This document shows, piece after piece, positions 61,972 to 64,000 of a DNA stretch of 64,000 nt. The notes under the pieces are model-generated. The model made no database searches. It was not told the DNA's origin and saw nothing but the letters and a program-made list of their open reading frames with translations. The stretch is from Vitrella brassicaformis CCMP3155 (taxonomy: Eukaryota; Protista; Chromerida). Every line of letters begins with the position of its first letter. Position 1 is the stretch's first letter. Where the stretch lies: the NCBI GenBank assembly GCA_001179505.1, contig CDMY01000938.1, positions 173,948 through 237,947 of the forward strand, read 5' to 3'. The translations under genes and the position numbers were made by a program.

Positions 61972-64000
61972 TAAGTCGAGCCCACCGCCTCTCCACTGCT
62001 GTCTCACGGAAAAACTCCATATCGCCCTCCTCCATGTAGACGCTTGTGCCGGGCCATACGGTTGAGAAGGGCAGCCGCCTCGTCCCCCCACCGTCCGTAG
62101 CTCTCCGCCGACAGTGGGACGATGGTGAAGTTGCTTGCTCTCGCCTCTGTGCCGTACTTGCTGTGCTTCCTGTCGGCCGCGTCGCGCAGCGCCTTGCCGT
62201 CTTCTGCTCCGTTCTGTCTGTTGGTGGCCGCGTGGTGTCTGTTGGTGAAGGGATCGGGGCGTGTGGGGTGGGCGATGGTGACGTCGCCGAGCATGCCTTT
62301 TCCCTCCTCCACCCAGTAGAGGTCGATCCGTTTGCCGTCTGGATCGTCGGTGGCCGGGTAGACGCCCAGATGCGCCAGGTTGACCTCTCGGTCGACGGCG
62401 ATCTGGACGCTCCTGATGATGCGTCGCCACTCCTCGCACAGCAGGTCGTGCCGCCAGATGCGCTCATTGCCTGTGCGCAGCAAAAGAGGTGGTCGCTGTA
62501 GGGGTCCAGCTGGGTGCCGCACGAGCAGAAGTCCGATGCGAGTGAAGGGTGTTGGGTGGCGCCGATCCTCAGACGGCAGCAGGTGACGAAATCCTCGTTG
62601 GTGAAGCGCAGGCCCGGGTGCGCCGGGACCGTCGTCAGCCAGCCGCTAGCTCCTGGGCCTCGACAGCTTCTCAGCCATGCGCGGTCTCTTGAATCCTCGC
62701 CGAACTCGTCCAGCACGGCGTCTGCTTCGATGCGCATCAGGCCGGCCGTCAGGTCGTGTTGTAGCCGTGGCTTTGTGCGTCCCTCAAGCAGCTTGGCCAG
62801 TGTGGGCACCTCCGTCTTCGGCAGCTTCTCTTGTAGCTTCTCTCTTGCCGACTCCGCTACCCGTAGCCATGGCAGCTGCAGTAGTGCTGCCGCTCCGTCC
62901 CCCCCTCCCTCCCCCCCTCCCTCCCCCTGTGGCATCCATGGCGCCAGCTGGTAGTGTCTCCACACGTATGGCAGCGTCATAGCGGTGCAGCCGAGATATG
63001 CCGCCGGCAGGATGGCGCTCGCCGCCGTAATGCCCATTCCCCCCTCTCTCACTGGTAGCGCCATCTGTCGTCGCTGCAACTCGGTGGTGTCCTCCTCTCC
63101 CCCGTGGATGGCGATGAGTGAATTCATGATCCCTCAGTGGCGCCGTGACCTCGGTGGTTGAAGGGCGCTGGGGAAGGAGACGAAGCCAGTAATACAGCCG
63201 TGGGACTGCGCAAGAGCGGAAGAGGAGCGATGAGTCCTGCCGCTGCTCGTTTGCAAACGCCTTGAGTCGTTCGATGAGGGGGCGGTGGGAGTCGAAGACG
63301 CTCTGCAGCTTGTTAGCGACGTAGCTGTCTGTCCCTCTTGCCCCGCCCAGGATGTCAATGCCCTCACCCGAGAGCCCCTCCCTCTCAAAGCCAGGCAGCA
63401 GGTCGTCCGGTGGTGGCTCGCTGTCCGTCCAGTGGGGGCCGTACGCCTTGCTCTTCTTCCTGGCCAGCTTGAGGCTGATAGTCTGCAGCTCTTCCTCCGC
63501 CTTGTCCACCACCCCGTCTGCCTCGCTCTCGTCGACCCCCGGTGTGATGTCGTCCATGAAGGCTTGTATGAGGGCGCGTGGAAAGCTGGCTTGAATGGCC
63601 TTGAGTACTGGCTGGAGGGCCAGACAGAAGAGGAAGGGGCCGGCCGGGTCTCCTTGCTGAGTGCCTTGCTGGCTTAGGATGGTCCTCACTCTGCCGTCTG
63701 CGAGTCGATACCACAGCTCCGCCGGCTCTCCATAGAACTGCCAGAGAAAGTGAAAGAGCTCGGGGAACTGGCTGGCGAGCTCGTTGACGATCGCCTGACG
63801 GTCCACCTCGTTGAAGGCGTTCGTGCAATCCAGCGTCGTGAGCAGTCGCTTTTCGCTCTCCCTCCGGCTCTGGATGAATGTCTCGGCGGCCTTAAAGAGC
63901 TTCTCGTTGCCCGCTGGGGTGCCGACTGCGCACTGGAGAGGGGCGAAGTAGGCGGCCATCTTGTTTTTGTGCTGCATGCACACTGCTCTCGTCACCCATC
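61972..64000 (-). mobile_element. Degenerate non-LTR retrotransposon, CRE-like (RT + zinc knuckle + restriction-like endonuclease); 5' part outside the window
   Basis: RT motifs YFAPLQCAVG, LDCTNAFNEVDR, GTQQGDPAGPFLF and FMDD (63549-63560); LPVREGGMG; CSCG..LD...DH..C zinc knuckle; RHD and RIDLYW...GDVTIAHP endonuclease motifs; intronless; frameshifts near 63135 and 62480. Confidence 0.9.

Noticed and set aside
1-64000. CRISPR arrays, tRNA, rRNA, spliced-leader or telomeric repeats
   Set aside because: No regularly spaced repeat-spacer arrays, cloverleaf or rRNA-like segments, or TTAGGG/TTTAGGG tracts were seen by eye; tRNAscan or Infernal would be needed to exclude small RNAs.

Overview
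Intron-rich, GC-rich eukaryotic genomic DNA with short (~50-100 nt) introns full of (GT/CA)n and (CAGA)n microsatellites. Intron style, plastid-type bipartite leaders and lineage-expanded gene families suggest a chrompodellid alveolate such as Vitrella brassicaformis (inference). Bases 1-45.8 kb are a compact core block: a giant (~5,500 aa by rough estimate, 5' end off-window) IPT/TIG + Cys-rich + multipass membrane protein gene, an N-myristoylation-motif hypothetical, two TauE/SafE paralogues, a plastid-targeted FN3-like protein, ASCC2, a calpain-like protein lacking its catalytic Cys, PP1 inhibitor-2, an RWD/UEV-like protein and a Cys-type SelO. Bases 46-64 kb look like a decaying accessory block: ankyrin and other expanded-family genes with frameshifts or premature stops, two 300-N gaps and a degenerate CRE-like non-LTR retrotransposon. 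Most notable: the giant receptor-like gene, a small secreted Cys-rich protein present as two complementary broken copies, and the pseudo-calpain with three calpain-III domains. Gene models were spliced by eye, so internal boundaries are approximate unless stated.
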